Origin: Flaccisagitta enflata
Taxonomy: Eukaryota
DNA length: 64,000 bases
Assembly (NCBI GenBank): GCA_965153355.1
Contig: OZ231126.1
Span: forward strand, 34,038,001 to 34,102,000
Direction of reading: 5' to 3'
Positions 41,936-56,192 of the stretch are shown here, piece after piece. Made by a program: the position numbers and the translations under genes. The notes beneath the pieces were generated by a model. It saw only the letters and a list, made by a program, of their open reading frames with translations. It had not been told where the DNA came from and did no database searches. Within the stretch, counting starts at the first letter, position 1; each line of letters opens with the position of its first letter.

Positions 41936-43856
41936 GGCAGGGGGCAGGGGCAGTATTGCAAAAACCGCTCGCAATTCCAAAATATTTTGGACCTAAGGAC
42001 CAACGGACGGACCGACCGAGCGACCGACACGGTAAGTTAAGAAAGGATGGGGAGGAAAGGGAGAATAGTTGAAGGTCGATGACGCCTGTCACGCCCACTC
42101 ATCGCATATACAGAAAGTAAAGTAGAAATGGAAAGGTTGTGCGTGTCATCCCGCCACTTTTTGTTTCAACTTTTTTTTTTAAGCATTTGTGTACGTGTAA
42201 GTGCAAGTGCGTGTGTGCTGTCACGTGTGCAGCATGAGTGATTGGTTTTACATGATAAAGTTCATTTGTTAGTAGCTGCCACCACCACCACCACTAGATA
42301 ATGATCTATTTGTTTTACTTCATAGAGTTAAATTTGAACGCGTTCTGAAAAAAACTCGCCCCGGGAAGTGTCTAGACTCACGACAAGCGTAAATCACCAC
42401 CGATCTAGGCTGTCTTTGGTTTGTTTGATAGAGATTTGTTTTCTCTCGCGACTTTTGCTATCTAGAATGGTCGTTTGTTTGTTTGAAATATATGAGAGGT
42501 ACAAATATAAAAACGATTCATGACTGACAAACACAACTTTACGTTCAGAGTTAGAGTCCAGGGACTGAAAGGTCAACTTCAGAGCAGTTCATCAAAATCG
42601 TTTTTAAGCAAAAGCATTTCGTCTATGTTAAGGTCAAAACAATTTTTGTCACTGTTAATCTTCAAATTGAGAGGTTATTTCACTTTTCTTACTCGATCTA
42701 CTTCATCAGGAGGAGGATTACTCAATGTAGCGCGGTTTTTTGCAGAGAGTTTTCTGCGTCACTCAGTGCGTAGCACTCAGTTGTGGTGCGTTGCGCATGT
42801 GTATAAAGATAAGAAAATAAAGATTTGTTTTTCAATATATTTCGCAGTTCTCCTGCCGTTGCATGTAGCCAGACATGAATTGAGGTGCCCTCTACTATCA
42901 CACGATCTCCAAAAAATGTTTTTGTCACGATTTTCCACATTTTTAAAAGTAAGGTGACGCGCAGTGATACATGGTAACTGAGACTTGGACTCTGAAAAAA
43001 ATGTGTGGGGGCAAGTTCTAGAAAATAAGCGTACAATTCATCAACCATTTTTTTTCGTCATTTTTGTAAATGAAAAGTTATATAACTTGAAATCGACATA
43101 AGCTAAAGATTTCTGGTCCCCCTAGTTTTTTTCGCGGCTTCATGTTTCATAGGTGGGGAAAAAATCCATATTCAGAAGCGTCAGGAAGCAACTCTTACTT
43201 CTTTACCTACCACCACCAACAACAAAAACATAATCTAAGTGATGTTAGACGTATCGAGAAATCCACTCGTAACTCCCGCTATCTGATCTCACCCCCCCAC
43301 ACACACTACAAAAAAGAACTAAAAGGAAGATTTTGATGTCGTCAAATCGTGCCAAGGGGATCCTTTTCTTTGGGTCGATAGGTAGGAAACTGACAGCAGT
43401 AAGAAAAAAGAGGGATATATGAATAGAAAAGAGTCCCATGAATGAATGATATGGCCGTCATTCATTTTCATACATAATTTCTTCCCCTGCCCACATTTCT
43501 TTGACGGCGGTGAAGGCAGAGTCAGAACTGAGCTGAGAATCAGTGCGGCTCGTCTTGAGACGGATTTGCCATAAAGAAAATGATGAAAAAGAAGATTTGA
43601 CGATGGAAAGCCAAAATCGGTAATGTGACACTTCTCTCGGATTAGAGCATCGAAGAGATTTTGGCTTTCTGAATCAATCTGTCTGTCAGTCTTTGTTTGT
43701 GTGTTTGTGTGTGTGTTTGTGTGTGTGTTTGTGTGTGTGTTTGTCTGTGTGTGATAAATCGAAAATGAAAATTTCGATGTAAAAACATTCGATTAAACGA
43801 CTTAAACTCCCTAGTCCCTTCAAGATCGTTATAGGGGGTTCCTATTGGGTGCTTCA

Positions 43857-44348
43857 CATAGCAAAAGTTGCTTATTTCTTTTCATCCTCTTTACCTAATG
43901 TGGAGTGGGCAATTTTAGGACCCTTACCACTTTTCTTTTATCAAAAATTGTTCATCTTCCGTTTTTTAGAAAATTGTTTTTGAGAGCCTAATTTGTATAT
44001 TGCAGTGGGATAAAAAAATATGCTGATCTTCTCTGAATTAGCTTTTATAAACTTCTGTTCTTTAGAGAATTGTTAACCTGCTTTTTCACAAGCTCTTACG
44101 TAACTTATGCTCTGATATTTTGATTTATTTTCACAAAAATCATGGTTTCTAAAATAACAATTGTTCCTTTTGTAACAAGACTACACAGGATTTTGCTGAA
44201 TTCTGGGAAATCTGAGTTAACTTTAAGGCCAAAACAAAAATGGAAGATGAAGGAATTTTGAGAAAAGGAAAACGGTCATCTTCATGATTTTTTTCACTCC
44301 ATATTGGGTTAGCGGGACGAAAAGAAAATCAAATTTTTTGCTATGTAG
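43857..44348. mobile_element. Degenerate palindromic MITE
   Basis: acatagcaaaa...ttcttttc and catcttcc are mirrored by ggaagatg...gaaaagaaa...ttttgctatgt. Confidence 0.5.
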
Positions 44349-46259
44349 TTGGGTTACAAATCAGAAGTCATGATGCGAATGTCAGTTATGCTCATAGATT
44401 TTCATGTGAAATTGGATATAGATTTTCATGTCTATACATGTCACGTGTCCCCCATCAGATAGCTTCATTCTCTGGAACCAGCTTGTATGTGCCCGTCGGG
44501 TATGTCAATATGCAAAAGTATGTTTGATTAGATCATTGACATCAGGGAGTGTAAACGAAAATATTCTAAAACTTTTAGCGTCTTTATATTTTCAAATTTC
44601 CATCATCTTCCGTTTTTTAGCGCAAGAAAGGATTGTTAAAAATGTATATATTTCCAGCATCTGCACTGAGTTTTGGTGAAAATAAAACTCATAACTTCTA
44701 CAGAAAAGATTGGTAGTTGTCTCTTTATACAACTTTGGTGATAAATAAACAACCATTACTTTGTTGCAACTTGAATTAGCACCAAGATATTCATGTGTTG
44801 AACCGGATTTAATTCAGTAACAATGATACTGGTAGAAAATCATCATCACAGCAATATACAAATTAGCGTCTAAAAAGAGGTTTCCAAAAAAATGAAAGAT
44901 GAATGAAATTTGATAAAATAAAAATGCTAAAGGTCTTAGAATTTAGTATTTTATGCTGTCTGATATTGATGGTCTTATCAAAAAACCCTTTTCATATTGA
45001 CACTTGGAAATCAAAAATATGATGGATAAACAGACAGACGGACTTACTGACCGACACGGCAAGGTATAGAGTCGCATGTCCGCGACTAAAAATAATTTGT
45101 CTGTCCGCCTGCCTTTTTTTGAAAGTGCCAATGCACGTGACTTAGGTCTAATGACCTTGTTTTTAAAAAGCTCTAGAAATAGGAAAAATTAAAAATTTGG
45201 AAAGGTTTTTGGTGGAATTTCAAAAATCACCGCGGTGAAAGAATTTGTATTCATTTAAGGTATAAACCACTACCCAAAATAAAAAAATATAAGCAGTAGT
45301 GTCTATTGTAAGGGGGGTGCTTCAATTTTAGTCCCACCACACCACTTGTAATGGTTCCTTCTGTACTTAAAGGCCATGTATCTGGAATAATGCCAAAACT
45401 ATTCAAAGTTTATGATGCATGCATAGTTCTTATACATTTTTATCATTTCTACTGTTTCTATTTGTCGTGCACTTCCATTCTATCAATTCCGTCATCTTCA
45501 ATGGAAAAAAAAGAAGAAGGTAACAGATTGAAGACTGAAGAGGAGAAAGAAAAAAAAGAATAAAGAAGAAAATAAAGAAGAGAGAGAGAGAGGGGGGGAA
45601 AGGGAGAGAGGGAGAGAGAGAGGCAGACTACGCCGATTCAGGAACACCCAATTTTTTATCTCAATCGCGACAATGGGCTAAATTTGTTGATTTTTGTTAG
45701 AATAACACCCCCTGAAAATTTTAGTGTCCTAAACAAATGAGACCAAAAAGCATATTGGATTTGAAATTCTCTAAAATCGTGCATATGCGGTAAATTCAAT
45801 TTTCATGGTCATTTTATTTTTGTTACTCGTTGCAATCTTGGTTTGAAAATCAAATCAATTGATGAGTGAATGCATTAATTCATTTCTTGAAAACTAAACA
45901 AAAAACTAACTATTTTCATCTTTTCAAATGGGAATGGTCGTGTGAATGCGACGATTTAACCATGGTGGGTTATAATGTAGCTCGACGCAAGTCTGACCTT
46001 TCTCTTCTTTGCTTCATCATGGTTTTGCACAGGTACTGTTGTTGCTATTTGTCTCTAGTAATTATTCCAGAGTAGTCAGTGACAAGCTTGACACAGTGTC
46101 CGGCTACCGTGTTTGTGAAAAGGAAGTTTACCGCAAATCGACAAAGGCGCTGAAATTGTTTGTCAGTTCTTTAGTAAGGAAGAGTAGGTCAATGTTGTGA
46201 AGTTGAAACACCGATCGTGTTCGCGGACCCGAGGCGAGATCAACGAATGATAATTGATT

Positions 46260-46889
46260 AAGGGGGTGATGACCTTTGCTTTTACATAAGCAGAAATTTC
46301 TCTTTCTCCTCCTCCTTCTTCTTTGTACCCTCCCCCCCCCCTTGAGGCCCAAATCCTAGTCTTGAGGCCCAAATTCCAGCCTCGAAGCTCAAAACGCAGC
46401 CTCGAAGCTGAAAACCTAGCCTTGAAGCTTAAATCCCAGCCTCGAAGCTCATATCCCAGCCTCGAGGCTCAAATCCCAGCCTCGAGGCCCAATTTCTAGT
46501 CTTGAGGCCCAAATCCTAGTCTTGAGGCCCAAATCCTAGTCTTGAGGCCCAAATCCTATTCTCCAAGCCAGAATCCTGAATCCTAGTCTTGAGGCCCAAA
46601 TCCTATTCTTGAAGCCATAATCCTAGTCTCCAGGCTCAAATCCCGGCCATGAAGCCTCAAATCCCAGCCATGAAGCCTCAAAGCTCAAATTCCAGCCTTG
46701 AGGCTCAAATCCTAGCCTCCAGCCTCAAATCCTAGCCTCCAGGCCCTAATCCCAGCCTGAAGGCTCAAATGAAATCAGCATAGGTCATTGGCCTCTTCGG
46801 GGCCGCTGCCCCACTAACCACCTCACACCCACGTATACTCACATAGGGGCAACGGGAACCGCTGACCATCTAAAACTTTTGCGACTATT
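46260..46889 (+). mobile_element. HINE family B with an expanded 21-bp array, 5' truncated
   Basis: About 20 units of gaggcccaaatcctagtctt; tail gggaaccgctgaccatctaa...gcgactatt as at about 36370-36404. Confidence 0.8.
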
Positions 46890-46954
46890 ATTTCTGAATT
46901 TCATATTTCCCAAAACATTAGAAAAAATCATGAGGAAAAATTCTAAAATAAATA

Positions 46955-47288
46955 CCGTTTTTTCTCTAAAAAGCGCCCCGGGCGCTTTTAAATTGAAATA
47001 TGAATTTGCTTTTTAACCCTCCAAATAGCGCCCCCTTTGTATTGAAGATAAACTATTATTCGATCCATCTTTTTCATGAAAGGCAATCAAAATCCTGAAT
47101 TTGACTTGAAATAGAGATATTCATTGCATATATCTGTTAGAAAGTCAGTGAAAATAGCTCATTGTGTTGTGTTTTTACATCATTTTACTTTGTATTTCTA
47201 TGCAAATCTTTTCTGAAGAGTGTGACACTAAGAAAAACAATGGGGGGGCGCTTTTTGGAGGGGGGGGCGCTTTATGGAGAAAATACGG
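46955..47288. mobile_element. TA-flanked MITE with CCGT termini (pogo-like); second copy at about 50985-51316
   Basis: TA|ccgttttttctctaaaaagcgcccc ... ggggcgctttatggagaaaatacgg|TA; colinear with the 50985 copy. Confidence 0.85.
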
Positions 47289-47705
47289 TACTATCAACTT
47301 AACCGTAAACGGAACTAACTCAGACAACACGGCCATCGCATTACTAGTCGCGTGCGGTCTTGAAGACTAAAAGACTAAAAGACCTAAAGACCATTAGATA
47401 AAACAACTAAAAGCAGGAGCAGTAATGCAAAAAACGCCCAAAAACGCCGAAAAAAGCTAACAGCGACCGACCGACCAACCGACATAGCGGTTCATAGAGT
47501 TGCGTAGCACGCGACTAAAAAGAAAATATTGAGTTTACGCTAATGGTATGTTAGTTTAGAATGCCTTGATATCTTGGCTATCATTGTCAACATTAACATA
47601 AATTCCTTAGGACTGGTATCGTTTTTTCAAAAGCGTGTCATGGTCGCCATGGTATTTGTCTTGTTCAGTCATAGTCGGCATTGATAAAGATAAAGACTAG
47701 TGTTA

Positions 47706-47766
<61 letters not shown>

Positions 47767-48817
47767 ATTGTTGTTGTTGTTCTTGTTATTACTATTGTTA
47801 TTATTATTATTGTTGTGGTTGTTGTGGTTGTTTCTTCTTTTTTTATTTTGCTGCTTGTGGAAAAAGTTATAAAAAAATCCGCTTTTGTGACCTAATTGTA
47901 AAAAATTTCTGCCCCAAAAGCGCAACTGAGTCGTAATGATTTATAGATAGCCAGCCCATGTCAAATTCCATGCTGCTACACAGGTTTCTCACGGGTCTTT
48001 ATTGAGATAATGCATAAAAATGCAAAAAAAACGCCTTTTACCGCTTTTTAAAAACTCCAAGGTCCATATGCTTTTTGGTTTTGGTTATTTATCATACTGA
48101 AATTTTCAGGGGACATTATACTAATGAAATTCAACATTTCTAGCCCATTATAGCTACTGTGGAATGAAAAAAAGTGTTCTTGAATCGGCGTAAGGCAGAC
48201 TGACATCAAGAAACAGTGCAAGAGACGTACAGTGTATACACTAAGACAATTATGATTTTTTTTCTTATCTTTAGACCATGTTGTCGGAGTGTGTGGAAAC
48301 AGGCTAAAGGATTGTGCACAACATAAACTTCGTTGATCAGTTTTAGCTAGCAATTGATGGGGGATGCTGCTGTATAACAAGTGACGTGGGGTCACAATAT
48401 CATTGTGGATGGGTGGGCAGGGACATGCAGCCCTCATTCATACCCTCCCCCACCCCATGCTTACACACACCAACATTCACAGCTGTATCATCACAAATGC
48501 ACATTTTCATATTTTTAACACAAGTGTGACCAACAGACCAACAGACCGACAAAGCCTCTTATAGAAGTGCGTGTCCGCATCTAAAGATCACTGAAAAAAA
48601 ACGGAAAAAACGGTGGTGGAAAGGAAAAATCGCCGAAAATTGGTGGTGATTGAAAACCCAAGTCACTCCCAACCTTACTTGGGGGCGAAAACTGGTGGCC
48701 CATCAAAAACTCAACAATACACACCATTGACACTGTATTGCTTACACTGCTGACACTGTTCTGCTTACACTGCCTACATTTTTAAGAGTACACTTACACC
48801 ATGAGTTATATTAGATA

Positions 48818-48993
48818 CAGTTGAGCCCTGCTCCAACAAACCAGCTCGTAATGCAATTCTGCCTAAAACAGATACTAATTCTTTGTCCTTTTAATTAGTT
48901 TTTTCTTTTTTTCATATTAGCTATAAAAGAATACCGTCTATAACAGATAAAATTTGTTGGTCCCCTGATATCCTTTAGAACGGGATTTAACTG
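48818..48993. mobile_element. Short degenerate TA-flanked CAGTT MITE (Tigger-like)
   Basis: TA|cagttgagccctgctcc ... agaacgggatttaactg|TA. Confidence 0.55.
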
Positions 48994-49065
48994 TAAACAA
49001 ATATACGTATAAGAGATACAATTTGTTGGTCCCATAGCATCTGTCGCGGATATCATCTGTAATAC

Positions 49066-49329
49066 CTTCTTGCACCGACAATTGCCCCTTTATCGTCTCA
49101 AGTTGTGCTTTCAATTGGTTTTCTTCTCCTTGAAATTCTCGTGTTTTGTTGGCCAAGTGTTCCTTTATCGCATCTGTCTCCTTTTCAAACTCGTCCAATT
49201 TTTTAAGGAAATCCTCTTTGATTCTTTCAAACTGGTGAGAATTCGTGCTGCATTGGTCGATCACTTTGTCTCGGCGCTGATTGTAGGTTGTGATGAAAGG
49301 ACTCAGGTCGTCTCCCATGGCAGATACGT
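49066..49329 (-). CDS. Predicted exon B2: paralogous coiled-coil module (VSAMGDDLSPFITTYNQRRDKVIDQCS...QLETIKGQLSVQE)
   Basis: Acceptor cttgtttgcag|, donor GAAG|gtatta; 264 nt, phase 1-1; the downstream intron motif gggaccaacaaa-tgtatct is shared with B1. Confidence 0.8.
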
Positions 49330-51347
49330 CTGCAAACAAGAACGGAATCACTTTACCACGTCGTATATGAAAATAGGTTGAGCCGTTGAGGGCTCCCATG
49401 TACTGAGGGCACCAACGGGGCCATTAGGAGTTTCCATTTACATCCAAATACTACCTTGACTGGTCAAGGCCTGAATCAATAGACCAGCTAGCTATAAGAA
49501 ACTTTGTCCGTCCGTTGGTCGATTGGTTTGTCAGTTTGTCAATCTGCTACATCGGTCCGTGGTGATCAAGTTGAAAAGTAGAAAAACAATTTTTTTTTTT
49601 GTGAATGTTTGTGAGTGGGGTTGGAAGTTTGGGTGTGGAATCCACTGTGGATGGGAGTTGGACGCACCTGCCCACCCATTCGCAACAATATTGCGACCCC
49701 GCGTTACTTGTTACTTCAAACAATCTTTCAAAAAACTCTTTTACTCTGAAAAAAAGCATCAACTTCGGAGATATGTTACCCCTAAACAAGTTGAGCTTCT
49801 TGCCCTGCACAGTGGGCCGTGATTGAATATTGGTTTAAGAATAACCCCTATCATTAGAAAAATCAGAAGCCACTCTTTCAGTGTTTTCAATTCCCGCAAA
49901 ACAAGTCAGAAAATATGCATCCAACCTGGATGAACAAAAAACCGCCAACAGTTCTCATCCTCCTCCATCATTATTTTGGCGGTCTATGTTTTTTTCAGCT
50001 TCATTATGAAAACAAAAATTAATTAATAATTTAATCTGTGAAGTTGAACCGCATATGAGAGCAAATTTGATAACTTGCTTGTTTAAACCAATGAGTGGCA
50101 TCTGATTTCTCTAATGAGTAGTTACTTGTACAAGTAAGAATTTTCTTTTGCTAAGTTTACAAGAGTTGCGTCCAATTGACTACCAAGGCCGGATACACGG
50201 CTACCAAAGTCATGTGCGGGTGGGCAGGGGCAGTGAAAAAAAACTTTACCCAATCATTTGGGCAGGAGCAGTAATGTGAAAACACCTGTGAATGCCGAAA
50301 TAGCTAACAGGGACGGACGGATGGACAGAGAGATGGACCAACAAACCAACCAACATAGCAGGTTATGGAGTCGCATAGCAGATAGAGAGACAGACAGGCA
50401 GACAGACTTAAATTATCAAAATGACCTCTGAAGTTAGTCTCCACCACCCAGTGTCTCCTCCAATGTTCAAAAATATAAAAAATGCGAAAAAATGCATTTC
50501 TAACGATTTTGTGATGGAAAGACGGATGGACAGATCAACGGACAAACTGACAAATGTACAAAAAAGTTGCTTATAGAGTCGCGTAGTGCGTGACTTATAA
50601 TACAAGTCTCACTATCTAGTGACATGACAGCAATGGCCAACATAGTGGATCTTGATTTTTTTAGTTGCATGCAACTCTACAACCCGCATTGTCCGTCCAT
50701 CAGCCGGTCAGTCCGTTGGTCCGTCTAACTTTACTTGTTTACTTTTTTGACATTTATGTTTAATTATTGCTTTACTCATCCCGACCAAATAGTGGGCCTT
50801 ATCACTGCCCACCGCATGCAACTGGGGTAGCTATGTATCCGGCCTTGTTTGTGTTCAGCTCTGCGTGTTGAATTGTATTGGTATACTATCAAAAACTAAG
50901 CCAAACTATAAATAGCTTGTAGTCTTGTAGAGTATGGTGTTGTGTGCTCTGTCGCTTATGACGAATAAAAGATATTATTATAACTACTTTTTCTAAAAAG
51001 CGCCCCGGGCGCTTTTGAAATTGAAATATGACTTTGCTCTTTAACCCTCCAATTAGCGCCCCCTTTGTATTGTAGATGAACTGTTATTCAGTCTATCTTT
51101 TTCATGAAAGGCTATCAAAATGCTAAATTAGACTCAAAATAGAGATATTGATTGCATATATCTGTTTGAAAGTAAGTAAAAATGGCTTATTGTGTTGTGT
51201 TTTATCATCATTTTACTTAATATTTCTGTCCAAATCTTTTTTGAAGAGTGTGACATTAAGAAAAAAAGAGGGGGGGCGCTTTTTGGAGGGGAGGCGCTTA
51301 ATGAAAAAAATATGGTATGTGCTATGCTATGCATTGATATTACTTAC

Positions 51348-51671
51348 AACTTTTATCTCCATCATCATTGTAATGGTTATGGACGTCTTCAATGACATCG
51401 CCATCATCATCGCCGTCGTCATCTTCATGGTCGTCATCATCGCCATCATCACTATGGCTATCGCCTCTGTTGTCGCTATAGCTATCGCCGTTGCTATCTT
51501 CATCTCTATTGCCGCTGCTATCGCTGTAGTCATCATCAACTTTATCTCCATCATCAGTGTCATCGTCATCATAAGTGTCGATGGCGCCGTCCTTGCCATC
51601 GGCTTCATCACTCCTGCAGGGTCTTTGTTGTTGACAGGTTTCGAGCTCTGAGTGCAGCTCCTCCATTTTTG
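51348..51671 (-). CDS. Predicted exon C: end of coiled coil, QQQ, then Asp-rich acidic domain (KMEELHSELETCQQQ...DDDDTDDGDKVDDDYSD...)
   Basis: Acceptor catttcctag| and canonical donor |gtaagt; 324 nt, phase 1-1; joins B1 in frame (ALK-A-KMEEL). Confidence 0.75.
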
Positions 51672-51913
51672 CTAGGAAATGATTATAATCTATGCATATG
51701 TAATAGCTTGTACCTAAATGACAAAAAGCAATAAAATCAACATTCTACGAGCAGGTCATGTTGTGGGACTGTCTCAGGCTTCTATTGAAATCAATATTGG
51801 CTTTAAAATTCTACTTTTAGGTGGCCGCGCCTTACCTTCTATAAACCCTACCGCTATAGGAACTCCAAAATTTCAAAGTTCTCAAATTCCAATTCTGACT
51901 GGAATCTGCAGAA

Positions 51914-52098
51914 ACAAGGCCGGATACACGGCCATCAGTTGCGGACGGGTGGGCAGGGGCGGATATGCGCGTTTTCCCACTTTTCGACTCGATGGTTACG
52001 GACGGACGGACGGACGGACAGACCGACGGATGGACCGACAGACGGACGGACGGACGGACGGACAAAGCCTCTTATAGAGTTGCGTGTCCGCAACTAAA
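51914..52098 (-). mobile_element. HINE family A, young copy
   Basis: Nearly identical to 2151-2311 outside the microsatellite. Confidence 0.9.
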
Positions 52099-53362
52099 AA
52101 CTGTCAATTGAAAGTGTTTTCCTTTTTTTGATATTCCAATTAGAGGGTGGTCAAAAGTGTTGTCAAATATTGCTTAACATATCTTTCCTTTTAATTTCTT
52201 TATAAAATCATTGAACTTACCTTCTTTAAAAATCTTAAGCGTGGATTTTGATAATGATCCCGAAGGAATTTTGAAAAAAGAAAAGCACTTTCAACAGACA
52301 GTTTTTCATGGAGATTTCAAATCTGCAGTCAAAATTTTGATTTGAGCAATTTGAAATTTTTAGTTTCCAATTGACCCATGGGAAGTTCAAGGTAAGGCGC
52401 GGAAAGCAAGATGTAAACTTTTGAAGCTGAAAATGATAACAATAGAAGCCCAAGACAGCTCCACAACATGAACTGTTCATAGAATTTCGACTTTTTTGGT
52501 TTTAGTCATTTCAGTACAGGCTAATATGTAAATGCCTAATCGCGATTTTACTCCTTGTCACACTCAGTGGTCTCAGTTATTTCATTAACCCTTTTTGCCC
52601 GGTCTACCGCCTCCCCCCTTCCCACTAACACCTGGCTACTACTGGCTAGTATGTTATGTCACACCGTTGAGGGTCCTAAAAGCATAGAGGATATGCACCC
52701 AGCTGCATCAAATTTGAAATTAAGTTAGCTAGTTAGTGGTTCTTGCATGTAGAACCGGCGTTAGGACAATTTGGTTGCGCCCCGCCGCCCCGGAAAACAT
52801 CAAGCATGAAAAAGGCAAACCTTACACAGTGGCGTATTTTGCGCAGATTGAAATTAAATTTTGGTAAGGGGAAGATTATATATCTTGAGCAATCATCTTC
52901 CCTGGGAAAATGGATGATAAAAAAGGTGCAAAAAAGGAGTTCTCATCACCGTCAATGACAGACCATACTACACTTTTTGTTGACTTTGATATGGGAACAA
53001 TTGTATTGTATTGAAAGCAATCAATTTTTCTTATCGTTTTACAAAACATTTTAGTAAAATATACATTATGTAAATGAGTTTTGGCTTTAATATGTATTCC
53101 TGATGAATTGAAGCAATTTTTGTCAACATACTTCAAAGTTGTGACGTTAAATAGAAGCCAGATGTTATTTACTTTTTACCCTTTTACTCTTTACTATTCT
53201 CTTTTTACCCTGGTGGGTCCTATCAGTAATGAGTAACTGAGATCCGCGGATACTAGATGATTATTCTCGTTTTTTTGCATCTTATACAGGCACTGGCCGA
53301 AATTTGTCTAGAATAGATACACTTTGTTGGTCCCTTGGTTTGGCAGATTTAATGTGTATTAC

Positions 53363-53605
53363 CTTTTAGCGCTAATAACTGTTGGCGTTTTGTCACAAGT
53401 TGTGCGTTCAATTGGTTTTCTTTATCTTTGAATGATTGTGTTCGGTTGGCCAACTCTTTCTTCATCTCATCTGCCTCCTCATAAAACTGGTCCATCTTCT
53501 TGACAAAATCTTCTTTTGTTCTTTTCAAATTTTGAAAATTCGCGCTGCATTGGTCAATCACTTTGTCCAGGCTCTGATTGTAGTTTGTGATGAAAGGACT
53601 CAGGT
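53363..53605 (-). CDS. Predicted exon B1: coiled-coil module (DLSPFITNYNQSLDKVIDQCS...QLNAQLVTKRQQLLALK)
   Basis: Acceptor cttgtttgcag|, donor AAAG|gtaata; 243 nt, phase 1-1; about 57% amino-acid identity (46/81 by hand) to exon B2. Confidence 0.8.
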
Positions 53606-53789
53606 CTGCAAACAAGAGCCGAATCACGTTATCAGGTCATATACCAATAAATTACAAAAGCGGCTATCGCCGATCGAGAAAAAGTCGTAAACCTTCTCAC
53701 TCTGATTAGAGACAATTCAAACTGGCTATTCCCCTAATTACAAGCTGCTAGAGTGCCATTTGTGGAGGCAAGTTCAGTCAAATCAGTCA

Positions 53790-56051
53790 ACCAGGCTAGA
53801 TACACGGCTAACCAAGTCATGTGCAAGTGGATAGGGGCCCCATTTGAGGTCAATAGAGCATTTGGAAAGGAGCAGTGAGTTTAGAGACCACAGAAACATA
53901 AAATGGTGAGACCTAAAAACCGACCAACCAAACAACGGTCAAAGAGGTTGTAAAGCCACGCAGAATGCAACTTCTATCTAGCTGATAAATATGCGGATAC
54001 CTACTGATGTTCAAAGAAGCTAAACTTCAATATCCAATCTAAAATATGAAAGCTGATCAACAAACTATGACAAAAAGTCTTCCATTCAAGACCAAGTAGA
54101 GCTCAATGGCTCAATCCATTTCCAAATGACAGCGTTTTAAAGAACAAGGCCGGATACATGGCAGGACAGTCGCGGAAGGTTTGTCAGGGGCAGTAATGCA
54201 AAAACGGCTTGCAATTCAGAAATGTGATGGACCAATGGCTTGACCGACACGGCAAGGTGTAGAGTCGCATGTCCGCGACTACAAAAGAAATCAAAATCAG
54301 AGGTTTTCAGTTCATATTGAGAATGGTCAACCTTTATACAAAGAGATTTTTTCAAGCTGTCCATATATTTTAAGTCGCGTGCTACGCAACTCTACACCCC
54401 CCTTTGTCGGTCCGTCCGTTGGGCCGTCTGTCGGTCCGTCCATCCGTCTGTCCGTCTGTCCATCTGTCGGTCCGTCTGTCCATCCGTCACAGTTAACTTT
54501 TTTGGGGTTTTTGCGGTTTTTGGCCTCACTGCTCCTGCCCAAATAATATGGTGACCTCTATTAAGGCCCCTGCCCACCCACACGCAACTGGGGTAGCCAT
54601 GTATCCGGCCTTGTTGAGCTAGATGGTACAGTATGATCCATCTCAACTGTAACATTTCACAATGTCGTTCAAAAAGTAATAGACATTGTTCAATTCTGAA
54701 AAAAACATATGAAAAGTAATTGTTTAGTATCTAATGAAACTTTTTTCATATAAGAAATTCTATAGCAAATTATGCTAAAGAAGGTGATATTTCTCTTTTT
54801 AGTCGCGTGTTCCGCGACTCTACACCCCGTTTTGTCCATCTGTCGGTCCATTGGTCCGTCCGTCAGTCTGTTGGTCTATCTGTTGGTCCATCCATTGGTC
54901 CGTCTGTTCGTCACACTTTACTTTTTTTATGGTCTTTGGCCTAACTGCTCCTGCCCAAATGATCTAGTGACCTCTTATATGGCCCCTGCCCATCCACACA
55001 CAACTGGGGTAGCCATTTAGCCCATCTTGTTTTCATTAAACTATATTCAACTTCAATTTTTTCTTACTTATACACTACATCATTATATTTCATTTTTGAG
55101 ACCTATCTGACATCAAAAGCTAAAAACTGTTAGAAAATTAAAGCAATCTTGAAAAAAAAGTTTATTTAAAAAAACAAAAAAATGGCTTAATTTGCAAAAT
55201 ATTTTTTGTTTTTTCACATATTTAGAGGATTTGATTTTCTTTCTATGTCCTGGGCTTCCATCTTCATATAAATGCCGAACTATTACTTATCCTTCAAAAT
55301 TAGGTTATCTTTATTTTTTTTTTTATACTGTCATAAATTGTTACAATCGAGATGGATCATACTGTAAAAAATGCATTTCCTATATTAGAGCAATTTTTTG
55401 ACAAAACTTTGGTCAGTTTTTAGAAAGTTTTTATCCATGAAGTCAGGTCTGCAACTTTCATAAACCCACTGACGCACTGAATTTGTTGCTAGCATGCACA
55501 ATTATCAAAGTTCAAATAGACTTCCACTTACTCAATATTTCATTTTGGGGTAATAATGTAAAAAAACAAAAAAAAGATTTATAAAATCAAAACTGTTTAT
55601 GGTAAAGACCTCTATTTGGCGCCATTTGAAATTAAAAATTTAACCTTTTCTTAGCTATGAATTAGAAAAAAATGGCTAAAATTCCCAAAGCAAGATAATT
55701 TTTTTAATTTACACCCCATGTTTCAAAAAGTCTAATTACATAATTCAAATTGTTTCCAACAAGATAGACTAAGTTGAGGGCCCCCATGGGTCATGGATCA
55801 CATCAAAATTTCTTGTTAGTATTCATCATATAACACATGATATCTTTAGTCGCCTGCTATGCAACTCTAGACACCGCTTTGTCGGCCTGTCCGTCTGTCA
55901 TTCTGTCGGTCGTTCTGTCGGTCCTTCACACTTCACTTTTTTTGGGTTTTGTTGTCTTTGGCCTCACTGCTCCTGCCCAAGTGATCATGTGACCTCAAAT
56001 ACGGCTTCTGCCCACCCGCATGCAACTGGGGTAGCCGTGTATCCGGCCTTG
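53790..56051. mobile_element. Five intronic HINE copies (about 53790-53970, 54144-54285, 54369-54614, 54797-55030, 55845-56051)
   Basis: Termini and microsatellites recognisable in each; mixed orientations. Confidence 0.8.
54629..55364. mobile_element. TA-flanked Tc1/mariner-type MITE containing a HINE
   Basis: TA|cagtatgatccatctc.a.tgtaaca ... tgttacaatcgagatggatcatactg|TA. Confidence 0.85.
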
Positions 56052-56192
56052 TTTTCATATCATGATGATAAAATTATGATAACAGGCCTCCTCTTTAATG
56101 GTCAAAAATATTCAGTCTCGTCAAGACCGTTTTTTTGGAGGTCCTGCTCTATATTCAAATGGCTGGATCTCGATTTGGACATAGTTTACTAC

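Noticed and set aside
42520-43048. Moderately long ORFs in unique-looking DNA
   Set aside because: No recognisable motif, and the best-looking minus frame has several stops; possibly an old relic.
51148-51651. Hydrophobic 167-aa plus-strand ORF resembling a membrane protein
   Set aside because: Antisense shadow of the Asp-rich exon, and it starts inside a MITE.
52585-52620. TTAA-CCC piggyBac-like left end
   Set aside because: No matching right terminus was found.
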